From assembly GCA_963817385.1 (NCBI GenBank), contig CAWFOM010000002.1, positions 64,001 through 128,000 on the forward strand: 64,000 bases of DNA. Direction: 5' to 3'. The notes beneath the pieces are model-generated. The model made no database searches. It was not told the DNA's origin and worked only from the letters and a program-made list of their open reading frames with translations. Both the position numbers and the translations under genes were made by a program. Source of the stretch: an uncultured delta proteobacterium (GTDB lineage Bacteria; Desulfobacterota; Syntrophia; Syntrophales; UBA5619). This document shows, one piece after another, positions 30,362-39,152 of this stretch (the stretch's first letter is position 1; every line of letters starts with the position of its first letter).

Positions 30362-30377
30362 TGGCACATTCGTTGCT
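30362..30377 (+). promoter_or_regulatory. sigma54 promoter for decaheme cytochrome 2
   Basis: TGGCACATTCGTTGCT, near-consensus -24/-12. Confidence 0.85.
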
Positions 30378-30550
30378 AAATATATTACCGCTTAATGTTT
30401 TTATGAGCTGTAACCGGGTATCGTTCACGGGAAATATCATGAAAAAAGTAACTTCTCGTTATGGGCGAAGACCGATGGGGAAGGCGGAATGCTTGAGGTC
30501 GGATAAAGGAAATGAATGGAATGATTGCTAAACAACAAGGAGGTCCACGC

Positions 30551-33338
30551 ATGAAAAGGTTAGAACTGTTTCGAAAGATGATGATTGCAGTCTTACTGGC
30601 GCTGCTTCTTGCCCTGGCCGGGTGCAGCAGCGGCAGCGACGGTGCCCCGGGTCCTGCGGGTCCTGCGGGCTCTGCGGGCTCTGCAGGGAGTGGAGCGCAA
30701 AACCTGGCAGCTAATACCGTCTACCAGCGAACAAATGTATCCACTCAAGGCGGAGTGCAAGCGAAACATGGAGATGGCTTGGCGGCTGACGTCCTTGCTG
30801 AAGAGGGACCGCTGGCTACGGTCGCGATCACCGGCGCCACTGCCAATGCCGCCGGCGTGGCGACGGTCACCTTCACCGTTAAGAACGCCGCCGGCGCCGC
30901 GGTAACCGGGATTGGCGCCGCCAACAGCGCCAGCTTCTTCATCTCCAGCCTGCAGCCCAAGGGAGGCGGCCTGTCCTATAACAAGTGGATCAACTACATC
31001 TGGCAAGCCAGCGGCGGGGTAAATCAGGCCTACCGCGAACGAAACTCGGCCGCCGGGGGCACCAATCCTTTAGTCGAAGGCCCCGCCGGTACATACACCT
31101 ACACCTTTGCCCAGAACCTGGCCGCGGCCACTTTTCCCGTCGGGGGAGCGGCCATCACGTATGACCGTACCCGGACCCACCGGGTCATGGTGGCCCTGCG
31201 ATTCAGCGGCGCCGGATATCACGGCGGTACTACATTCGACTTCCGGCCGGATGGCGTCGCCATCACCGAGACGCGCAATATCGTCGAGGACGCGACCTGC
31301 CAGAAATGCCACAAAGATACGCCGGGGCACTACGGTCCTTTTAACGGTATAGCGAATGCCTGCGTCTCTTGCCACATCCCGGGCAGCTCATTGGTGAATC
31401 CCGGTGTAGCAGCGGGTAGTGACGGCAAAACCAACACCCTCGAAGCATCGGTCATGCTCCACAAGATCCATGCCGGCAGGGAACTCGCCAGCGCGGCCGG
31501 CCCCGATGGAATCTTCTTTGACGATCCGGCTACCGCCGCGAACGAAGCGGCCGACAACGGCACATACAACCTGGGCGGCCTCGACGCCACCTGGCGATCG
31601 GCCGCCTTCCCGGCGGTTCTTGATAACTGCGTGGTTTGCCACACCGAAGCGGTAGCAGGTACCTTGGCGCAAGTCGACAACTGGAAGACAGTCCCCTCCC
31701 GCGCGGCCTGCGGTTCTTGTCATGACCTGATCGATTGGACAACCGGCGCAAACCACGCCGGAGGTGGGGCAGCTAACGACGACAACTGCGCCGTTTGCCA
31801 TCCCGCCACGGGCACCGGGTTCGGTCAGTCCGTAACCGGAGCCCATAATTTTACCGCCAAAGACATTCGTAATATTCCGGAGTACACCGTCACCGTGACG
31901 ACCGACACCCCCGCGAGAGGCTACTACATCAAAGGGGAAAGCCCGGTGATCACCATGGTGCTCAAGGACGCGGTGACCGGCGTCGCCATCGACCACACGA
32001 CCGTGGTTGAGGATACCCACGCGGAAGGCTGCGTAACGAACGCGGATAAATCGGCCTGCACCAATGCCACCGATGGCACGTTCAGAGCCGCCAACATGTA
32101 CGTGACCGGACCGCGCGCCAAGCCTATTCCGGTCCTGACCACCGCCGCCCGGGCGAAGATCACGAGCGCGACCGCAGGGCCGTGGGATCTGAGCGCCGGT
32201 GGCGCCGCTCTGCGCGTAGTGGTCGATAATGGCAACTTTATTGTCGAATTCGGTCATATCGGCGAGGATGTGCTCGTTCCCGGCGACTTCACCGTCACGT
32301 TGCCCGCCGCGGGCGCTTCTCTCAACGCGCTCTTCGCCAATCCGGCCGCCGCAACGGCCGCCGAGATCGTGGCATGGCTCAACGGCAACAAGGCCACGGT
32401 CGTGTACAATGAGAGGGATTTCCTCTTCAGCGACAGGGCCATCGCCTACGTGGAAGGCGGAAAGGTATCGATCCGCACCCGCGCTCTTGGCTCCGATAAC
32501 CCGAGCATTCAGATACCCGCCCGGGTTTCTTCAACCAGCAAGGATGCGCTCAACGCGCTTCTGTTCACCGATAACGCCGTCAAGGTTGCCGGCGCCGCCG
32601 CTCAGGTTCGCAAGCGGACCAGCGCCGCGAATGACGATCCCAAGGCGGTCCGAACGGCCGCGAATATCAAGTACACCCTCGATCCGGTCGACGACCTGAG
32701 CGCGGGTACGTACATGATCAACGTCGAGTTTGGCGAACGCGGGAACAACACGACCGCCGTTCCCGGGTCCTACCGCACGCCTTCCATCGCGGTAGCCACC
32801 TTCCAGGTCAAGCAGGCGGCCGTGGAGAAGCCGATGGCCGACGGCTGCACCTCGTGCCACTGGAGTACGTCCACTGTCGGGGCCGGTGCAGGCTTCGTGC
32901 TCGACCCCGATTCGCCACAACAAACCCTTTAACGCGCAGGCGGTCGATCAGTGCGCCGGCTGCCATAACTACAAGTCAGGCGAGACGGTCGCCACCCGCA
33001 CCTGGACCACCGGCGGCGGCACCAAGCCTATCGCGAAGAGGGTGCACGCGGTCCACATGGGTGCGAATCTCAACTACCCGACACTCACGGTAGATCACGA
33101 GGAGAGCGTTGTAGGACGCGATTGGCAGATCACCTACCCGATGGATACCCGCAACTGCGAGTCCTGCCATTCGGCCGCGACCAGCGGCTCATGGAAGACC
33201 AATCCCAATCGTCTTGCCTGTATGGGGTGCCACGACTCCGATCAGGCCACGGCTCACATGCAGGTTCAAGTCGTGGATCCGACTCCGTCGGCTCCGTGGA
33301 GCGGCGACGAGAAGGAAAGCTGCGCAGCGTGCCATTAG
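30551..33338 (+). CDS. OmcA/MtrC-family decaheme cytochrome lipoprotein 2 (5+5 hemes, CX8C); frameshift near 32905
   Basis: AGGAGG RBS and lipobox LAGC. CQKCH, CVSCH, CVVCH, CGSCH, CAVCH, CTSCH in ORF 30512..32932; CAGCH, CESCH, CMGCH, CAACH in ORF 32886..33338. The break sits in a C-run. Confidence 0.88.
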
Positions 33339-33348
33339 TGCAGAGAGT

Positions 33349-33426
33349 CTGCTGAGCGGGCAGAAACCCCGCTCAGCAGTAAGTTCTTAATCCGGAAGAG
33401 GGGCGGCATGATCATGCCGCCCCTCT
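33349..33426. terminator. Two hairpins between cytochrome 2 and the PPIase gene
   Basis: CTGCTGAGCGGG / CCCGCTCAGCAG (33349-33379) and the perfect 30-bp palindrome AGAGGGGCGGCATGATCATGCCGCCCCTCT (33397-33426). Confidence 0.55.
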
Positions 33427-33453
33427 ATTAATTTTCCAGAGGAGAAAAAGACT

Positions 33454-34314
33454 GTGAGAAAGCCAATAGTTCTGTTTATCGCCGTTATTTTGATGGCATC
33501 CCTTGCCTCCTGCGGCGAAAAGCGGGAGGCGAATCAGAAAGCGGCTGTCGATGACCAGGTCAAGGTCCTGGCAACAGTCAACGGTGTGCCGATTACCGAG
33601 TATGATATGAAGAACCGGTTAAAAAAGGTTATGACCGGCGGGGGGGTCCATGAGGCATCCTCCGATATCCTGCAAACCCTTGTCCGGGATGAATTGATCT
33701 ACCAGAAATCCATTCAGCTCGGACTCGACAAAAAGCCGGAATACCGCCAGAAGCTCAATGATATCGAGTCGCAGCTCCGCGCTTTTCAACGGCAGGAGAT
33801 GTCAACGCTCTACCGCAGATACGTTCAGGAGAAGGCTGAGGTGACGGATTCGGAAGCACGGGAATATTTCGAGAAGAACGCGAAACAGATTCAAACAAAG
33901 TTTCATGTATTGCAGATTTTTTACAAAGGCAAGTATCCCGACATCGTCAAAGACCATCGGGACTTGAAAAACGGAATGCCCTTTGAAAAGGTGGCATCAC
34001 GGCGATTCGCCGGTTTGCCGAAGAATATCAAAGCCCCGTGGGATCTCGGTGAAATGTCCTGGAATCAGATGCCGCAATCCTGGAAGGGCATCGTGGATCG
34101 CCTGGAGCCCGGCCAGGTGACCGATATTATCAAAGGGGTGAATGATCGGTTTTGGGTGATTAAGCTGGTCAATAAAACGGTCGATCCAAAAATCACGTTC
34201 GCTACGGAAAAGGAAACTATCGTTGCGATGTTAAAGCAGCAGAAGGCCGACGCGCTCTACAACAGCATGCTGAACGAAATGCAGGAAAAAGCCAAGATCG
34301 TCTACCCGAAATAG
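33454..34314 (+). CDS. PpiC/PrsA-like peptidyl-prolyl isomerase/chaperone lipoprotein
   Basis: Lipobox LASC, LATVNGVPIT, FEKVA, WDLGEM, LEPGQVTDII, AKIVY. Confidence 0.82.
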   Translation: MRKPIVLFIAVILMASLASCGEKREANQKAAVDDQVKVLATVNGVPITEYDMKNRLKKVMTGGGVHEASSDILQTLVRDELIYQKSIQLGLDKKPEYRQKLNDIESQLRAFQRQEMSTLYRRYVQEKAEVTDSEAREYFEKNAKQIQTKFHVLQIFYKGKYPDIVKDHRDLKNGMPFEKVASRRFAGLPKNIKAPWDLGEMSWNQMPQSWKGIVDRLEPGQVTDIIKGVNDRFWVIKLVNKTVDPKITFATEKETIVAMLKQQKADALYNSMLNEMQEKAKIVYPK

Positions 34315-34451
34315 GGGGACGGCATTCACCACCGGTGTGCTCCTGACCAGTCGCGCCCGTATTTTCGGTTGGGGCGCAGCCGTGATGGACTCAGACAAAC
34401 GTACATCGTCGATCCGCTCCTCCTCCCTGATCAGGGGGCGGAGCCCGGTTG

Positions 34452-34483
34452 AAAAAAGCCCCGTTGCATAACGGGGCTTTTTT
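34452..34483. terminator. Bidirectional intrinsic terminator
   Basis: AAAAAAGCCCCGTT-GCAT-AACGGGGCTTTTTT between convergent genes. Confidence 0.88.
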
Positions 34484-34525
34484 ATGGTGATTGATTGTTA
34501 GGTATATGATTGCGTTTCCGTAAGG

Positions 34526-34565
34526 AAGTCATCGTTCCCACGCACAGACGTGGGAACGATGACTT
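34526..34565. repeat. 17-bp perfect hairpin 3' of cytochrome 3 (REP-like or mRNA stabiliser)
   Basis: AAGTCATCGTTCCCACG-CACAGA-CGTGGGAACGATGACTT. Confidence 0.6.
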
Positions 34566-34586
34566 ATGCGCATGAGAAAATTCAGG

Positions 34587-36926
34587 CTACCTTACCGGCT
34601 TGTGGGCGAAGTCAACACCCTGCAGTAATCCCGTCGCATGGCAGGCGACACAGCCCTCAACTGCGGCAGCTCCCGAACCGGCTACATGGCCTGCCGCATG
34701 GTTGATGGAAAAGGTCGTATCGTGACACGAGACGCACGCCGCTGTCATCGGGGGCTGGATTGTCGAGGTAAAAGTCGTCACCCCGCCCGAGATCGTTGCC
34801 CCCGTCAGCGTGGTCGTCCCCAGCACGCCATCCGGCAGAGGCAACCCGTACACAATCGGGTTCTTCGTCACATGACAGGCCAGACAGTCACGGCGGTCCC
34901 TCGGATACCGCACCTTGCTGAAATCGTTTGCGGGGTTTTCGATGTAATAGCCGACAAAACCGTTGATGTTGTTTTTGGTCACGTCAAGCGCCTCGCCGGT
35001 ATGGATCTTGTGGATCATCACCTTGAACTGGATGCTCTGGGAGAAGAGGCCGTCCAATCCGATGTTGTAACCCGTTATCGCGCCTGTATTGCCGGGTCCG
35101 ACCTTGGTAACGCTTCTTGCTCCTGCAGTGTCGGAGACGTTATCGTCCCGGTCGGTCGCATTGGGGTTGTGGCAGATGACGCATTCCTGGACGCTGTTGA
35201 CCCGGTTACTACCGTGGAGAGACAGGCGGCCGTGGCAGACGATACACTTGTCGTCATCCACGGATACACGCCTCTGCTTCGTCGGATCGGTCACCCGGGC
35301 GCCGGTGGCCGGGTCGAAGTAATACTGGACCGACTTGCCGCCGGCGCGGACGGTACGAGACGGGTATTTCATCGTGGCCGGAATGGTGTATGTCCTCCTG
35401 CCTTCCAAACCAATGACGCCCGTACCCGTTGCGGCCGCCGGTATGGCCGTCGCGAAGGTAATGGTGTAGCTGCCGTCCGCATTGGCCGTGGCGGCGGTAA
35501 GCGATTGCGAAAGCGGCTGGCCGTAATTGTTCATACCGGTATTGGTGTAATCCGCTACCGGGAAATATCCCAACTTCAGGGAGTAACTGCTCCCCGTTTC
35601 CGCCGGCGACAGTGAGTTTCCCTGACCGTCGGTAATCTTGACGGTGACCGTCGGCTTATTTCCGGATGTTGCATTGGTAACCGAAAGGATCTGGAAATTC
35701 AGACCCGTGAAGAGGGATGAATTCTCAAAAACCGTGTGGTGGCCCGTGATAGACATCTGGTACGCATTATCTCCCGCCAGCACGGCCGGATGGCAAGCCC
35801 TGCATACGGAGTCAGCCCAACCGGGCCCACCGGTGTGAGGCGCGGCGGTGACCGAGGTCAATTGGGGGGTATATTGCCCGGCGGCCAGGGTGGCGTCGGC
35901 GACATTAATGGTTGCCGAGCCATCAAACGTGGTGGTATCATGACAGGTGACGCAATTCTCGGTATTGGCAAAGCCCTTCCACTTGTCGACGTCCCTGCCG
36001 AACGCGCGGCCGTTGATGTCTGTCCCGGTCACATGGCACTTTATGCATTCAATCGGCGTCTTACTCGCCTTGCTGTCACCGGAGATGCGGGGATAGGCTA
36101 CCTCTGAATACTTGTTGCTCTCAATGCTGAAACCGTTGCCGGCGGGACCGGGCGCGGGAGCCGTCACTGCAACGTTTCCCGGCAATTTCTCGCCCATGTG
36201 AATCTTGTGAACCATTGCCTTGAAATCAAAAGAAACCCCATTTACCGCCAACCCCGGGTTGTGACAGAGGATGCACAGAGCGACTTCCCGGCGGCTCCCG
36301 CCGTGCAACGCCAGTTTTCCGTGGCATTCATTGCAGTTGGAGGTGGCCACGATTTCCCGGGTCTGCGTCACCGCTCCCCCGCTGGGAACGAAGTTGAAAT
36401 AGACGTTTTTCGCCTGCTGAAACGACGTTCCTCCGAAGGCGTCGGTAACCGTCCGGGAGACCTGGATGGCGGCGGTGTGGGTCTTTGTCGCATCATAGAC
36501 GAGACCGCCGTAGTTAGGCGTATTGGTGATATCCCGGCTGAAGGTGTAGGTGTAGGTTCCGCCGCCGAGGGCCGCGATCGTCCCGGCGGTATCAAAGGAA
36601 GGGGACGTGGTTCCGAAGTAGTTTGCATAGTTCCCATCCGCCTTGATCTGGGCGATGTAAAAGCGGATCCCCCGCGTTGACAACAGGGGTGCGGGGTCGA
36701 GGGCTGCGCCCTTTTCGTCGAAGAGCTTGAAGGTAACCACCGGGGCGCTGTTGATCGCGACGCCGGTGATTTCCGCCTGGAGGTTGTTGTCGGCGTTTAC
36801 GGGACCGGATTGGTCCGTGGAAAGGGACGCGGGCTGTCCTTCTTTGTTGTCACTGCTGCATCCGCCGAGGAACGAAATCCAGACGAACATGGTGAGCACA
36901 AAACCTGTCAAAATATATTTACGCAT
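34587..36926 (-). CDS. OmcA/MtrC-family decaheme cytochrome lipoprotein 3 (5+5 hemes), in operon with the porin
   Basis: Lipobox LGGC. CNECH, CILCH, CIKCH, CVTCH, CRACH, then CIVCH, CVICH, CLACH, CVSCH, CVACH. MtrC-type motifs LALHGGSR, FKAMVHKIHMG, RRVSV, FKVMIHKIHTG. Confidence 0.93.
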   Translation of the reverse strand: MRKYILTGFVLTMFVWISFLGGCSSDNKEGQPASLSTDQSGPVNADNNLQAEITGVAINSAPVVTFKLFDEKGAALDPAPLLSTRGIRFYIAQIKADGNYANYFGTTSPSFDTAGTIAALGGGTYTYTFSRDITNTPNYGGLVYDATKTHTAAIQVSRTVTDAFGGTSFQQAKNVYFNFVPSGGAVTQTREIVATSNCNECHGKLALHGGSRREVALCILCHNPGLAVNGVSFDFKAMVHKIHMGEKLPGNVAVTAPAPGPAGNGFSIESNKYSEVAYPRISGDSKASKTPIECIKCHVTGTDINGRAFGRDVDKWKGFANTENCVTCHDTTTFDGSATINVADATLAAGQYTPQLTSVTAAPHTGGPGWADSVCRACHPAVLAGDNAYQMSITGHHTVFENSSLFTGLNFQILSVTNATSGNKPTVTVKITDGQGNSLSPAETGSSYSLKLGYFPVADYTNTGMNNYGQPLSQSLTAATANADGSYTITFATAIPAAATGTGVIGLEGRRTYTIPATMKYPSRTVRAGGKSVQYYFDPATGARVTDPTKQRRVSVDDDKCIVCHGRLSLHGSNRVNSVQECVICHNPNATDRDDNVSDTAGARSVTKVGPGNTGAITGYNIGLDGLFSQSIQFKVMIHKIHTGEALDVTKNNINGFVGYYIENPANDFSKVRYPRDRRDCLACHVTKNPIVYGLPLPDGVLGTTTLTGATISGGVTTFTSTIQPPMTAACVSCHDTTFSINHAAGHVAGSGAAAVEGCVACHATGLLQGVDFAHKPVR

Positions 36927-36946
36927 GGGAATTCCTCCTTTGCTCG

Positions 36947-37732
36947 TTAAAATTTATCGTGGCATTTGATACAGCTTCGCCCGCCGCTCTTGCTTTTGAA
37001 ACGATCCTTCACGGAACCCCAATCCCGCGGATGGGGGTTCACCTTGAGGCCCGTCCGTGCGCCGTGACATTGGATACAGACATCTCCTTCGCTGTGACAT
37101 GTTTGGCAGGCGCGCAGATTGCGCCGCGCCTCGGTCGCATGGTCACCCGACCATCGATGGCTGGGAAGCAGGCCGCCGGGATGGCAGGTCTGGCACTGGT
37201 TCGGGGTAAAGGTGGCATGATTCGGCCCGACGCTGGAGAGGGGAATATCCCGGAATTGCCGGCGATGGGACTGGAACTGCAGATCGGCGCCTTTGAATTT
37301 GGCATGACAGGCGGTGCAGTACTTCTGGTCATGGCACCGGTTGCAGCTCTGCGGGCTGTTCTTGGCCGCCAGCGGATGGATCTCCAGAAAATCGTTCCGA
37401 TGGCTCTTCGGGACATAATCGCGCCGGTAGTTGCGCGTCGACAGCTTGGCGTCGATCCCGCCTCCCTTGTGGCAATCCAGGCAAAAGGCCTGGCTGTGGC
37501 AGTCGATGCAATTGCTCTCCCCCCGTGCCGCCGGCAGGCCGTGCATCTTCGTCCATGCGGTATCGTGATTGGGGGCAATCCCCTGCCCGTTGTGGCAGTC
37601 GTTGCATTCAGGGATCGACATGGAAGAGTAATCGCCGTGGGAGGTCTTCTGGGCGACAGCCTGGGTCATGGATATCAGGGATACGGCCGCAAGCGAGGCG
37701 AATAAGACGAACACAAAAAATAATTTCTTCAT
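36947..37732 (-). CDS. omaB: Periplasmic nonaheme cytochrome, OmaB/OmaC-like
   Basis: Signal peptide and nine CxxCH. GIAPNHD, FCLDCH.GGGI, RDYVPKSHR, EARRNL, EGDVCIQCH and PHPR.W match my recollection of Geobacter OmaB. Confidence 0.82.
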   Translation of the reverse strand: MKKLFFVFVLFASLAAVSLISMTQAVAQKTSHGDYSSMSIPECNDCHNGQGIAPNHDTAWTKMHGLPAARGESNCIDCHSQAFCLDCHKGGGIDAKLSTRNYRRDYVPKSHRNDFLEIHPLAAKNSPQSCNRCHDQKYCTACHAKFKGADLQFQSHRRQFRDIPLSSVGPNHATFTPNQCQTCHPGGLLPSHRWSGDHATEARRNLRACQTCHSEGDVCIQCHGARTGLKVNPHPRDWGSVKDRFKSKSGGRSCIKCHDKF

Positions 37733-37744
37733 CGGTGTCCCCCC

Positions 37745-38974
37745 TTAAAAATCGTAATCAAAGACGAATCGTCCCTGCATATTACTGTCATAGGTTTTGT
37801 TGATGTTTTCCTCAATCCGCAGGGACGCGGACATGCTCTTGGTGAGCTTGTACCGGGCGCCTACCCAGAAGTTCCGCGCAGTGGTTTCGCCGGTCATGGC
37901 ATCACGTTGGTAGACGTCGTACGCAGCCCCGGCCGCGAGCCGCAACGCCGGGGTCGCGTCAAAGTTCACCTCGAGGGTGCCGCCGTTCAGGGTGCCGCCG
38001 TAGCCGTTTCGATGGTCGTAATCGATATCGATCGTGAGGGTGCTGAAGGGGCGCAATGTTATGCCGAGGATGTAGACATCGCCTTCGCCATCGGCATCGC
38101 CGAAATCCTGCCTCGTATAGCCGCCATAGACGGACAGCATCTCGCTCACACTGTAGTCCGCACGGACCAGCGCTTCCTTGTAGCGATTGACGGCAAAGAC
38201 CGAGTAAATCGATGTCGTATCGAAGGTCGGATAACTCTGGTAATACTCGCCGGTAAACGACAGGTTTGCGGTGGGGAAGTAACGCAGGCCGCCCAACAGC
38301 TCGCTGAACACCTGGCTTACCAAATCATACCGGGCATTGCCGTAGAGCTTCATGTTCTGAAACAGGTACTGTTTGAAGGAGGCGCCCAGCATATCCCTGG
38401 CCACATCATACTGATCAAACTTGCGAAACCAGCTGATATCGAGGTCGGTATTCGGAAATCCCTGCAGATAGACAGCCGCACCGGTCGCGTAATCTCCCGT
38501 ATGGCCGATCTCTCCGTTGAGATCGAAGACAACGTTACGCCCGCCGAGGAGGGTGAACCCGATCGGACCGACATTTTTCAGATCGAGACGGGCGCCGTCG
38601 ATCAGGGAACTCTCCGCAGAAAGATAGTTGAACTGCCTCCCCACCTGCACATCGAGTTTCCCGCCGATGTCGCGATAGACGCCGTAGAGATAGTAGAGTC
38701 GGCCGCTGGTCCGGCTATCCTCGCTGTCAGCGTTCCCCAGGACCGCGCCGGCCCGGCCGTAGCCGAAAATCGAAAACTTGCCGTCCTTGTCGATATTCGT
38801 AGCCGCGATCCGCAGATATTGCGCAAGTTCTACCTGCCGGCCGTTATAATAGTCGTTGAACCACAAGAGCTGGGTAGAGCTTCTCCCCTTGATCTCGACC
38901 CCCCACCCGTTGGCACCGTGCACCAATGAGATGAAAAGCAGGATCGACAGACTCCGTAAGAGTTTAATCCCCAT
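37745..38974 (-). CDS. ombB: Outer-membrane beta-barrel porin, OmbB/OmbC-like
   Basis: Signal peptide, GRSSTQLLWFND, RLYYLY, GRQF, PTFDTTSIYSVFAV, amphipathic strands and C-terminal YDF. Directly upstream of two multiheme cytochromes. Confidence 0.82.
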   Translation of the reverse strand: MGIKLLRSLSILLFISLVHGANGWGVEIKGRSSTQLLWFNDYYNGRQVELAQYLRIAATNIDKDGKFSIFGYGRAGAVLGNADSEDSRTSGRLYYLYGVYRDIGGKLDVQVGRQFNYLSAESSLIDGARLDLKNVGPIGFTLLGGRNVVFDLNGEIGHTGDYATGAAVYLQGFPNTDLDISWFRKFDQYDVARDMLGASFKQYLFQNMKLYGNARYDLVSQVFSELLGGLRYFPTANLSFTGEYYQSYPTFDTTSIYSVFAVNRYKEALVRADYSVSEMLSVYGGYTRQDFGDADGEGDVYILGITLRPFSTLTIDIDYDHRNGYGGTLNGGTLEVNFDATPALRLAAGAAYDVYQRDAMTGETTARNFWVGARYKLTKSMSASLRIEENINKTYDSNMQGRFVFDYDF

Positions 38975-39152
38975 AGAAGATACCTCCTCCCTCCTTGATT
39001 TACCGGACGCGGACCTTTTTTTGATAGTGTATTTATGTATGCCACATCACCGATCAAATTTCCACCAGAAAAAAATCGTCGGTCGACCGTAAATGTAATG
39101 ACGTCAGGCAGCCGGGAGGAGGATTGATGAACGAGGGCATGGCGGCCATGCC

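Noticed and set aside
30378..30550. Cyclic dinucleotide (GEMM) riboswitch in cytochrome leaders, as is common in Geobacter
   Set aside because: No GEMM-like consensus seen by eye here or upstream of 28564, 38974 or 23493. An Rfam scan would settle it.
38975..39152. sigma54 promoter for the porin operon
   Set aside because: Minus-strand TGGCATACATAAATAC has the -24 element but lacks the -12 GC.
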